Assembly: GCA_040285745.1 (NCBI GenBank)
Contig: JAUFOR010000003.1
Span: 1,426,001-1,490,000 of the forward strand
DNA length: 64,000 nt
Direction of reading: 5' to 3'
Source: Barthelona sp. PCE
Taxonomy: Eukaryota
The translations under genes and the position numbers were made by a program. Under the pieces are notes generated by a model. That model worked only from the letters and a program-made list of their open reading frames with translations, ran no database searches and was not told the DNA's origin. Each line of letters opens with the position of its first letter. Within the stretch, counting starts at the first letter, position 1. Shown piece by piece: positions 42,303-52,552 of this stretch.

Positions 42303-45248
42303 TTATTCAAGTTTACGATGGGTTTTTTGTTTCTTGTTAGGGCGCTTAGATTTACGTCTCTTCTTTGAGTCAATGATGTCCTTTGTACCACCAGGAACAA
42401 CCTGATCAACTGTTACAGAACCGGGTGCAATAACACGCTTAACACTGAGCAAGCCATCATTCTCAACAGTACCAATGTTCCTCTTTGCCATATCATTAAG
42501 GTGCTGTTGTAACTCGTCATCCATTTCATTGTTAACAGGTTCCATAGCTGGTGCCTCCTTATCGTAATGTGCCTTGATAAGATCGTCCATTGAGTTATGC
42601 ACGCGATGAATAATCTTTAAAAAGATGGCAATCAAGCGTTCAGGCTCGATCTTGAGGAACTTGCACATATCGTTAACATTGTGATGCTGGAAAGCCATTC
42701 CACAGAAGATAACAGTCTGCAAAGCACTGAAACTAACGTCAAGGTGGCGGTAGAACCAGAGATCACCGAGAATTGGTAGCAAATCCATTATCATATGGTA
42801 GTCGACCATTCTTTTTGTGTACAATTCCAGTCTTTCTTGATCCTGAGGCGTCATGACCTTATCGAGCTCTGCCTTGGTGTACAGGTCGATATCAGCCTTG
42901 AATCCAGGGCGTAACAGCATTGGTGGCACGATCTGAGGATTGATAGAACGGAAACTATAGCCTAACAAACGCTTGAAACGACATCGGAAGTCAGCTGTGA
43001 AACGTGTGAACCATTCGGGTTGGGAATCGTCAACGGGTCTGATCATCATACAACTGAACTCACCTGTTGTAACCGACAACTTCTGGCTGACATAAAACGG
43101 TTCATAACCGTGCTTCTTCCAGAACTTGAGCAGATGCTGCGTCAGGCCGTATGAAACGCCAAGCCAGTGGAGACGCATGGGCTCAATAGAGTCACATGGT
43201 AGCAGAAGAGGTAGGAGTTTCTTCTTACTGCGGCGCTTCTCAACGGCTTCGGAAAAGGCTGCAATTTTACCTTCATCCATAAGCTGTCTGTTATAGAACT
43301 CTTGATAGAGGGAGAGGGCGCGAGATCCGTAGCCCTTACCCTGATAGTTGGGATGTGTGGCAATACGGATGACACGGGCGCCCAAAAGCTCTGGGAAATC
43401 GTAGGCGGTAAACTGAGAGCTGATCATCCAAGGAATCATATCACCAGCGGCCTGTTCTCCATGAGCAAGTCTATTGTGCACGTCCTTCTGCTGAATACGA
43501 CCCTCAATAGAAACTTGGATAACACAAATGATGGTGGGTAGCTCAGCAACACCGGGTTGCATGGGTGCCATCAGTGCGAAGAGTCTCTGCGTAGGGGAGT
43601 CGCTCAAAAGCTGAAGATCATTGGGGGAGTTACGGTAGTGGCTACTGACCAAGATGTTCCAGCACTTCTTGAGGAACGCCTCGGCCGATTTCTTACCTGA
43701 GAAAAGTGTGTCTCGGTTGATTTCATAGAGCAAACAACTCTCAGCGTTCGGCAGGGATTCTGGCTTCTCTTTACCATTTGTGGTGTCAAGACATAGAACC
43801 GAATGCAACCAGCGCTCGACAGCATCGTTCGTCCCATACCTGATGGGATCTTTCATCTCGATAGTCATGAGTGGGCGGCCGAAGAAGGGGGAGCGGCGTT
43901 TGGGGTTTTTCATCTTCTCAACCAGCTTGAGTGAAAGAGATCGACCAGTGCCCTCATAACCAACAACTGTGGATGACATAAAGACCATTCCCATGTTCCC
44001 CTCAAACATACTGCGAACAGTGTCGAGTGGAATGGCGGCAGCCTCATCAATGACGAGCAAGTCGCTGGTCTTCTGTAGTGAGATCTCTTGAGGGGTGATG
44101 TATGTGAGGATTGAGCGATGGTGCTCCTTGCGGAGAACGATACTCTTGATGAGCGCCTCACTCGCCTCAAGAGAGCGTTCCTGTTCGATACCAGAGATAC
44201 CAACTTCCATTGCGCTTCTCTCATAGACCACATCAAAATGGGTAGTCTCCAAGTAGCCGAGTCTCTCAAGACCAACTTTGACAAACTCAAAGAAGGTGAT
44301 GAGGTTGGTGAGCGAAGGTGCTGTGACATTAACAACACTGTACTCTCTGTGGAGAGCAAGTGATGTCGCTAAACCAAGTGCAGCCGACTTTCCTCGACCA
44401 CGACCTGCAGTGATAACGGCCGTTCTCCTGATGTTTGACTCCTGGAGATAGTCAGTAAGCTTGAGGATAGTCTTTGTTTGATCCATTGTTCTGCCTAATA
44501 CGGCGAGAGAGATTTCACCCTTACCCAGCTCCTCCGTCTCACGAATGCTCTCATGGAACGCAACAAGTTCCGGGCGGATGATGTCCTCAGCTGTGGTGGT
44601 CACTTCTTGTATAACACGATGACGCCAATCTGGGAGGATAGACAGCTTATCATCAACAACGAAGCAGTTACTGCACTGTACGAGGGAGCGCATGAATCGC
44701 ATGTTGAAGCGTGGGGTGAGTGAATACACGTCATGTCTGTAGTTTTTGTGTACAGACATCTTGATGCTACCCATTGACTGAAGATCATCGATTGTATCCA
44801 GCAGGAATATAATCATACCACCGCCGCGGACGGTTTCGATGGTTCTGGCAAGAGAGTTGGGTGTAATAGCGTGAAATTCACTGAGAATGAGAACGTCAAA
44901 TGTTCTACCGAGAACCTTCTCCGTTTCGTTGTAATAACAGTAGCGGATGTTGTTGCTCGCGCGGAAAAGCTCAAAGGGATCTGAAGAACCACGTTCTACT
45001 AGACCCTTTTGACGACGCTTACGAACGTTTTTACGTCTGTTTGAGGTATGGAAGCCCAAGTTCCTGTCATAGCACCATAAGATGTCTCTTCTAGGTTCCT
45101 TGGAAGCCGTAGAGAGGAAATGATGTAACTGGTGCACTTGCTCACGTGCATATTTCCCCAGAATGACAAACATACTTCTTTGATTGATGCTAGGTGCACA
45201 GCATCGTGTGATGAGTTGGAAAATTCGTTGATCAACTTTGTGAATCAT
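42303..45248 (-). CDS. NAT10: RNA cytidine acetyltransferase NAT10/Kre33
   Basis: TPNSLARTIETVRGGG, Walker A AGRGRGKSAALG, DEAAAIP, GYEGTGRSLSLKL, SSHYRNSPNDL, RIATHP..QGKGYGS. Confidence 0.96.
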   Translation of the reverse strand: MIHKVDQRIFQLITRCCAPSINQRSMFVILGKYAREQVHQLHHFLSTASKEPRRDILWCYDRNLGFHTSNRRKNVRKRRQKGLVERGSSDPFELFRASNNIRYCYYNETEKVLGRTFDVLILSEFHAITPNSLARTIETVRGGGMIIFLLDTIDDLQSMGSIKMSVHKNYRHDVYSLTPRFNMRFMRSLVQCSNCFVVDDKLSILPDWRHRVIQEVTTTAEDIIRPELVAFHESIRETEELGKGEISLAVLGRTMDQTKTILKLTDYLQESNIRRTAVITAGRGRGKSAALGLATSLALHREYSVVNVTAPSLTNLITFFEFVKVGLERLGYLETTHFDVVYERSAMEVGISGIEQERSLEASEALIKSIVLRKEHHRSILTYITPQEISLQKTSDLLVIDEAAAIPLDTVRSMFEGNMGMVFMSSTVVGYEGTGRSLSLKLVEKMKNPKRRSPFFGRPLMTIEMKDPIRYGTNDAVERWLHSVLCLDTTNGKEKPESLPNAESCLLYEINRDTLFSGKKSAEAFLKKCWNILVSSHYRNSPNDLQLLSDSPTQRLFALMAPMQPGVAELPTIICVIQVSIEGRIQQKDVHNRLAHGEQAAGDMIPWMISSQFTAYDFPELLGARVIRIATHPNYQGKGYGSRALSLYQEFYNRQLMDEGKIAAFSEAVEKRRSKKKLLPLLLPCDSIEPMRLHWLGVSYGLTQHLLKFWKKHGYEPFYVSQKLSVTTGEFSCMMIRPVDDSQPEWFTRFTADFRCRFKRLLGYSFRSINPQIVPPMLLRPGFKADIDLYTKAELDKVMTPQDQERLELYTKRMVDYHMIMDLLPILGDLWFYRHLDVSFSALQTVIFCGMAFQHHNVNDMCKFLKIEPERLIAIFLKIIHRVHNSMDDLIKAHYDKEAPAMEPVNNEMDDELQQHLNDMAKRNIGTVENDGLLSVKRVIAPGSVTVDQVVPGGTKDIIDSKKRRKSKRPNKKQKTHRKLE

Positions 45249-45417
45249 TGTGAAAGCAAAATTGAATTTTGGAAAGGGATTAAAAGATTTAATCATTTTA
45301 CAAGTGTGTTGGGGACCCTCTCAGCGTAGGGAACAGGGTGCTAGTGTATCCTAGAGGAATATTTCCCAGAAATTACAAGAAAAATACAGTTTTTGTGTGT
45401 GTAGTGGATTAAAGAGA

Positions 45418-45711
45418 TTATATTTCAAGATACCCAGCAACATGAAGGACATCGTGCAAACTTTCCATAGGGATTTCGAATTCAGGGCGATTAGCTGGAG
45501 AGCCAAGCCAAATTAGTTTGTAGTGCATGTATTTGATAACAATCTCAAGAACGTTGGTGTTGAATGTCATGTTGAACTTGTTTAAGTTTCTAGATATATC
45601 AGCAGCGATCTGTTTCCTAAAATAAGGTGAAATAAGTGCAACATCGATACTTACTAAGAATTCATCGCCCTCTCCAGATATAATACTTACGTACTGTGGT
45701 GCTGAAGCCAT
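45418..45711 (-). CDS. ELOC: Elongin C, 97 aa
   Basis: From ATG 45711: YVSIISGEGDEFLV...VLEIVIKYMHYK...PEFEIP...VAGYLEI. Confidence 0.82.
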   Translation of the reverse strand: MASAPQYVSIISGEGDEFLVSIDVALISPYFRKQIAADISRNLNKFNMTFNTNVLEIVIKYMHYKLIWLGSPANRPEFEIPMESLHDVLHVAGYLEI

Positions 45712-45796
45712 TAAAAAAAAAAGGAAAGAAAGGAAAATGGAAAAGAAATGGAAAACAAAATTTTGTTTCTGTTTACAATGACATATGAAAATAATA

Positions 45797-47342
45797 TCAC
45801 TTTGATGAAGAAGACGAGCTGCCAATGGCAGAATAAATGAACAAATTCGATAAAGTGGCAATAGCAATAGTGTCTTCTGTTGGATGCCAGTCACAATGGA
45901 TGATTTTCTTGTTGAAATCAATATGACTGTGTTGCATAAGATTCCGTGTCCTCTTAGATGACCTTCTACCGCGTTTAGGCAATGAACGACTGGCTTCTAT
46001 CGCTGTATCGACAGTACCATTCGAGTCATAGATGTGGAACACATTGTTGTATGATCCAGTTAAGAAATGGGATCCAGAAGCGCTGGTTACAAGCTTGAAT
46101 CGATCAAACAGTGCTTCGTTTTCATACAATTCCAGTAATCGTGGTCGCAAATGTTCATGAACAGAAATCGAGCGAATAGGTTTCTGGGGTTGCCTCACAT
46201 CCCATAATTTAACACTGAAATAATCTCTTGTGACAAACTGATCAGAAGTCTTGTCTTTGAGAAACTTGATCGAGCCAATGTGATGCATAACTTCACTGAA
46301 GAAGTTATCCTGGGCGCTTGGGGTGTCGAAATTTAATGCTGGAGAGTCGTGTAAAGCTCGTTGACGGGTATCAATCAATCGTACTGAACCTCTAGTTGTT
46401 GCATAGGCAAACAATGAAGAGTTGACTGGATGAGCTTCACATGTGGTGATGATCTCAGACAACTGCTCCAAATCCGAAGGCTGCAGGTCAACAATCTGGA
46501 AGACTTCATCAGTGACACTAAGATTCCAAAGGTTAATTCGGAGGTCGTCTGCTGACAGATAGTGCTCTTGGTCAGGGCAAAGGCTCAGTGAGTTAATGTG
46601 GTGAATGTGACCAGATGCAAAAACACGCTTTGAGTTTGCCATAACAACGTTCTTTACGGGTGTTAAAGTGGGGAGGCGAAGAGATGGTGATGTTGTGTGC
46701 TCCGGGATACGGGTACGCATGCGGACCTCAGAGTGCATGTTTGTTGATACGGTTTTGACAGAACGTTGTGAAACTTGCCATAATTTAATGATCTTCTCAT
46801 TCGTAGTGAGCATCATTTGCTGGTTTGGTTGCTCAGGTAGCCAAACAATATCGTTGATTTTCTCTTCAATATCTTCAGAACGAAGATAATCGAATTGTGG
46901 TTCGTGTGATTGGAACTCCGTGTAATATGAGTACTCTGCAGTCGGCCTACGCGATTCTGTGCTGCTCTAGGTGTTAGATTTCGGTTTATAATGAAGAAGG
47001 TTGTGAGGTAATGCTATCCTTCATCCTTCATTTCTTGTCCATACTCTATTTGCTCGACGGAAAATGATGCATCGTCCTCCGTAGTCTCCAACTGAGATAT
47101 ATAATCCGTCATTTGAGAACTTTACGGTGTTAATCTTATCTGCTAGGTGTTAGAATGTACATGAGATATATTGCAAAGGTGCCATGACGTTAAGTTAGCA
47201 ACAAGAATGTTCTCACTGCTTGTAAATACTAAAATCGTTGTTCTTTCGCAATAAAATATTGATAGTGCATACCTTGGTTTATATCCTCCAGAGCAGCTCG
47301 TTCCCCAAATACTTGGCAAAATTTCCATGCCTTGTTCTGCAT
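45797..47342 (-). CDS. PP2A regulatory subunit B55/Cdc55, exons 47342..47273, 47142..47045, 46966..45797; 445 aa
   Basis: Spliced N-terminus MQNKAWKFCQVFGE...ADKINTVKFS...GDYGGR...EFQSHEPQFDYLRSEDIEEKIN; SADDLRINLW; TRDY; TGSYNN. Confidence 0.94.
46967..47044 (-). other. Spliceosomal intron 2 of B55, 78 nt, phase 0
   Basis: GTATGG...ATCTAACACCTAG; unspliced reading ends at the acceptor TAG. Confidence 0.9.
47143..47272 (-). other. Spliceosomal intron 1 of B55, 130 nt, phase 1
   Basis: GTATGC...TTCTAACACCTAG; restores the frame. Confidence 0.92.
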
Positions 47343-47719
47343 TTTTTATCGTTGCTATATGCTATAAGGAAGTGAAAAGGAAGAAGAAACAGATAACATA
47401 AAATACAGTCAATCTGTGTTGCGGAGTGCATATGTATTATCACATAGAGTGGAATTTTGACACATAAATCTGTCTTTATGTGAAACAAACAGTTTTATTT
47501 TTCCTAATGTGGTTTTTCAGATTTTTTCTTGCAATATCCCAAAGTTTTATTGGTTTTGTTGGTATCAACCCCCCCCCTGCAGGGTTATATCAGTAATATT
47601 ATTGGCAAGCTTCAATTTTTGTGACCAGTAATGAAGTATGTCTTAATATGTTAAATTACCACATTTTTTACTCGATCCAAAGGTTTTTATGCATTCCTAT
47701 TGCTAAATTGAAACAAATT

Positions 47720-48907
47720 CTAGACTGAGATTCCAACCTTTTTCTTTTTAGCATTATTGTTATTCGCATTGTATTCGGCAACAAAGGCATTATAACGCTG
47801 TGTGCAGTGTTTGAATAGTATATACAAAGCATAAAAACAAAAGCAAGCAAACAAGCAAGCATAAACCCTCAACGCACTCTGATAGATAACAGAGAAACTG
47901 AATTCAAACAAATCACCCTTTAAAAAGTTGCTATTTGACCCAAAAAGAACTAGTATTAGCTTTCCTAAAAATCCTAGAGGGAAAATGCTTGTTGTAACAA
48001 TCACAAAAGGAATCCAGATCCGTCCAGCACCCATTTCCCAATCACAATCAGCGAAAAATTTAGCAATAACAATTGTAGATACAACCCATAGCAAGAAATC
48101 TGCAAGGAAAAAAAGAAAGGAAAGAAAGCCAGTGTTGATAAATATGCAAGCAACAGTTAGGTACATAAGTGCACCGTTTGTAAAAAAGGACACCATCACT
48201 AAGCGTTCCCAAAGCATGCGGTTGGCTTTGGCTTTTTTCTTTTCAATATGTTCATGTAACTTATTAATTATCAATATGTGTGGTTTAATTGTACAAGTTA
48301 ATAGGTAGAAAAGACAAACCGCAACCAATATAAGCTCTGAGAGGAATATAGCTCCCTCTATCAAACCACTATATATTAGCAAGGGCGCGTTAGTAGGAAT
48401 CCAATTAATACAATCGTAATAATTCAAGGTATTGGTGTTATGGTAAACAACGGGGGCAAGGTACAGCTGTCTGTTACAGAAACACATGAATGCGAGGAAA
48501 GCATATGTTGCGAACAGAGAACCTATTGCTGCACTGATATATTTAAATACATAGAAGCGATTGAAATATTTCCTAACAGACTTTGAAGTGAGTCTTAGCA
48601 TGTGTAACATTGAAACGTTAACTACAACGAAGAAAAATAATCTGGAATAGTATAAAACTGAGGAAATTTGTGCAAACAACATCAGAATATCAATAATAAG
48701 CAGTATCAATAATATTATATTGAAGTTACAAGATTGTTCTTCTTTTCTACATGAATCAACATCTAAAACGGGATCAATATTGTTTAGAGCATCTGTTTTT
48801 TGGGTCACGTGAGCAAGTGAAGCAGTATTTGCAATGTCAGACGAAAAAATTTCGGTGAAATAGTTGAAGTAATTGATAGCAAAAATGTTTCGTTCTTTTT
48901 GCAACAC
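47720..48907 (-). CDS. Multi-pass membrane protein of unknown function; start uncertain
   Basis: Long ORF with several hydrophobic helices and a basic tail; the first ATG lies about 75 codons into the frame. Confidence 0.6.
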   Translation of the reverse strand: MLQKERNIFAINYFNYFTEIFSSDIANTASLAHVTQKTDALNNIDPVLDVDSCRKEEQSCNFNIILLILLIIDILMLFAQISSVLYYSRLFFFVVVNVSMLHMLRLTSKSVRKYFNRFYVFKYISAAIGSLFATYAFLAFMCFCNRQLYLAPVVYHNTNTLNYYDCINWIPTNAPLLIYSGLIEGAIFLSELILVAVCLFYLLTCTIKPHILIINKLHEHIEKKKAKANRMLWERLVMVSFFTNGALMYLTVACIFINTGFLSFLFFLADFLLWVVSTIVIAKFFADCDWEMGAGRIWIPFVIVTTSIFPLGFLGKLILVLFGSNSNFLKGDLFEFSFSVIYQSALRVYACLFACFCFYALYILFKHCTQRYNAFVAEYNANNNNAKKKKVGISV

Positions 48908-49237
48908 AATCGGAATTTAAGACACTGTTTTTATTTAAAAGAAAGAGTATGATGTAATTGAGAACATTTTTTTTTAATGGGTATTTGTATGACGCGCATT
49001 ATTTACTTTTGATACTTTTTACAGTTTTGAAGACACCAATGAGCTGTCAGTAACTGGTTATTTTTTTGTTAGAAGTGGTCAGCAACAGTAAGCAGGGAAT
49101 CTGTTATTACAATGATATCTCTGTATTCCACGTTTTACAAGCTGCTGACTCGATAAGTATAGATATTGCGCTGTTTGAAGCGATTAATCGCAGTTTTTAT
49201 AGTGCACATTTTTTTTCACCCCCTTTGCATCATTACA

Positions 49238-49792
49238 ATGAACTCTCAATTGAATCAAAATCAAATCCCCTCCACATCCGCCGTCTTTGGTAAAAACAAA
49301 ATCCTCGAACTGATTGAAGAAGGTTCCATCACAATTACCCCATATAGTCCTGAACTCATCGGGCCTGCTTCAGTTGATCTGAAGCTTGGAAACGAGTTCA
49401 GGTATTTCAATATGCAACCAAGCACCATTGACCTCAACAGTGATGTCAATTATAAGGATTACACCGAAAAGATTCATGTAGCAGATGGTGAACCATTTGA
49501 GATCCCCCCCAAAACACTTGTTCTGGGTATCACCAAGGAGAAGATCAGTTTAAGCCCCGAGATCTGTGGATTATTGGAGGGACGTTCAAGGTTCGCTAGA
49601 ATGGGACTCTTTGTACACGTAACAGCAGGATTTATGGCACCAGGAATCGAGAACCATCAGGTGCTTGAAATATTTAACGCTAGTCCCACCACAGTTCGCG
49701 TATATCCTGGAACCCCTATTTGTCAGTTTATCTTTATGTCATGTGAAGGTGCTGATAAGTATCGTGGAAGTTGGGCTAACCAAGAGCTCTAG
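49238..49792 (+). CDS. dcd: dCTP deaminase (trimeric dUTPase superfamily), 184 aa
   Basis: PASVDLKLG, LGITKE, LEGRSRFARMGL, TAGFMAPG, LEIFN, ICQFIF, YRGSWANQ. Confidence 0.88.
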   Translation: MNSQLNQNQIPSTSAVFGKNKILELIEEGSITITPYSPELIGPASVDLKLGNEFRYFNMQPSTIDLNSDVNYKDYTEKIHVADGEPFEIPPKTLVLGITKEKISLSPEICGLLEGRSRFARMGLFVHVTAGFMAPGIENHQVLEIFNASPTTVRVYPGTPICQFIFMSCEGADKYRGSWANQEL

Positions 49793-49994
49793 AATAAACA
49801 TTTTTTTTTTGACACATAAACAATATTTTGAGTTTTACAGAAGACCCCAGTTTTTGCAAAAAAATGATAAAGAATACTAGGGTCATGCAAAATAAGAAAC
49901 TGATTAATATCTGGATTATCGTCCTATCTAGCTGTAATTTTGATGAGAGTGAAATCATAGAGCATAACTAAAAAAAAACCACTAAGCTCACTCA

Positions 49995-52278
49995 CTATCT
50001 TGCAGAACTAGGACGGGAAGCAACAAGACTATCTTCATAGTACTTATAGTTATTGCTAATACTCTCCATGATTTGTAAAGCACGTTTTTCTTCAGGGAAA
50101 ACCTTGACAAATGCCTCAAAAGTAGGTTCAACAACAAATTTGATAAAGTTAAACTGACACTTAGGGAGCGAAGCAGTATCTCTATCACAGAAAGGTGAAA
50201 CTTGGAGACCAAGTGACTTCTCTTGATCACCCTACTTACCGAACTCTTCCATAACATGCTGAGCCCACCTATACGCAATAGGTCTAGGACGTGCGGGGTT
50301 TGAGATATCAGCCACTTTCATTATCATCTGGGTAAGCAGCAGCCTGTCAGCCTCCTCAGTGAAGACGTACTCGTCCATACCCTGGAGACGAGTCTTAAAG
50401 CTACCAAGTATATCGAAATGTTTGGCCATGTCAGTAGCCAGAACGAGATCAATGACATGCTTACGGAACGTCATCTGCTCTTCCCGTGGCATGGAAGACA
50501 GGATGTTCATGTTCTTATCACTTAGAACACCCATAAAGACTGCACTGAGATGATGATTCTCGAGGACTGAACGATCATTGTAAACGAGGGCGAGGTGTGT
50601 CTGCTTGTTGATCTGGAATTGGTTTGTCGTTCCAGGGTGACCAACATCATGGATGACAGCGGAGAAAAGAAGCGCGAAAATCTCGAGATCCGTTAATCCA
50701 CGTTCGAGACCGCATGACGTCAACAAGAAATGTACGCATTGAAGAACGTCAGCTGCGTGTACGCGGGAGTGATATGGGTTCTCGACTTTGTACGCACTCT
50801 CAATCGCAATCAAGAAATTACGTAAAGTGGTATCGGAAATGCCAAACTTTGATGGAATATCGTGGTACAAAAAGATTGCGTAGCCGACAAACAAGAGCGG
50901 CTTCTGCGTCGACTCATCAATGCGGTGGGCGCTAAAGTTCCATTCCTTTAGATTCTTAGCAAGGTCACCATACGAAACTTCCGTCTTCTCAGACTGGCTC
51001 ATCATTCGTGATACACGAGTAATGACTGCGAAATTGGTCATACGGTTACGCGAAGGCTCTCCAAGTGTTGTACCGCCGTTTGTAGGTGAATTGAGAGAAG
51101 GTGATGACGACTCAAACTTCTTGTTTGCAAAGAGAACATTCATTTCTCCGAGCCATCCACTCAGCTCCTCATCGTTCATGTTGTCCGCATGTGAGATGAT
51201 AGGGTTGTGAAGACGATCACTGAGTGAAAGCTCAGTGACGACGTAGTCGATAATAGCGATGTGTTCCTTACTCAAAGGAGCATCCTGTTTCAGCGCCTTC
51301 AGGAGCGCAAGGACCTTGGACATAGGTGTTTCTACCTTGTCTTCGCTATGTACGTAACGTTGGATCTGATCTTCAAGTGCTGCGTTACGCTTCTGAAGAC
51401 GGAGCAGTTCCTGCTTTGATTCAGAGATTGTATCAACGTAACGCTGGACGAATGACTGGATGTTGAGGAACAGTACACCAAGAACGGTGATACACACAAA
51501 AATCGTAAGCGATCTTGACCAGCTGATGGGCTCAGTTAGAGGCAAGCCCTTATATGCGTCGTTGGACATTGCAGACGTATCCTGATAGAAATAGTCCATG
51601 AACAAAAGGCAAGAAGAGTAAACAACAATTGTTAGGAAAATATACAACGAAATTTTTCTCTTGAGCTCGGGATCATTAGATTGAAGGTGGATGGAGCACA
51701 CACAACTGAAGTAGATCAAGGCTACAGTCGCATGTGCCTCGCGTGCTGCGATCGTGATGATTGCGAAAGGGAGTAAACTCGCAAAAAGAGGAAAACTTGA
51801 GTAGGGATTAAAATATAAACGAATACGAGCAATACAAAAGTTAACAAAGAAAGCAAAGAGGTACGGGATTGCCGTACTGTAGCGTACATTAGATACCCAC
51901 TCACTGATTTCAGCGGTAAAAATGATGAATAACACCAGAGCATTAACTGCAATGGACTAAAGGTTAGGGTTTTGCAACGGCGTGCGAGTAGAAGTCTTGT
52001 AGACGTATTCAAACGAATGAAGTTCAATATTATTGAACAAAACAAAAAAAGATCTTCTTTCATTGTGAATAATGATGCATTGCCCAAAAATTACCATGTG
52101 TACGGCATGGGTGCCCGTATCTTAGTAAAAAATTGAAAAGACAAAATTACAGCAAGGAAAAATTGTTTAATCGCGTGTTCGTCTAAAATCTTCTATTCGA
52201 CAGCTGGAAACATACCTGAACTTGCAGTGGCCCTGTGATTGAAGGTCTAGACTGAGACTTTTTGATACTATTAGTCAT
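49995..52278 (-). CDS. Membrane-anchored class I cyclic nucleotide phosphodiesterase; exons 52278..52216 and 51956..49995; in-frame TAG at 50232..50234
   Basis: N-terminal TM helices and coiled coil; NPYHSRVHAADV, IHDVGHPG, VLENHH, LATDM, ADISNPAR, EEFGK*GDQEK, SPFCDR, CQFNFI. Confidence 0.88.
51957..52215 (-). other. Spliceosomal intron of the PDE gene, 259 nt, phase 0
   Basis: GTATGT...CCCTAACCTTTAG joins an ATG-initiated 21-codon exon (MTNSIKKSQSRPSITGPLQVQ) in frame to the main ORF, which has no early ATG. Confidence 0.87.
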
Positions 52279-52552
52279 TGAAATGGTATTGTACGTTAAA
52301 GCAAGTTCTTGAACTATTGAAATTCGCAAATAGATGTGCGGATCCATTTATGTCGAGTGTAAAGACTTAATTTGTGAAATTGTATCAGGAGTTATGCACC
52401 AAAAACAGTTCACTATATTACACATGTTTTTCATATAACTATATACTGAATATTGTCTGTATTATGCATAATTGCTGCATTGTGCGGAACCATATTTTCA
52501 AATGCGAATTCTACTAAACTTTTCAGAGCAGGTTATGTTGAATGCAAGTAGT

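Noticed and set aside
50232-50239. GTAAGTAG around the PDE stop as a micro-intron
   Set aside because: Possible GT-AG excisions are 4, 5 or 8 nt; none keeps the frame and there is no branch point.
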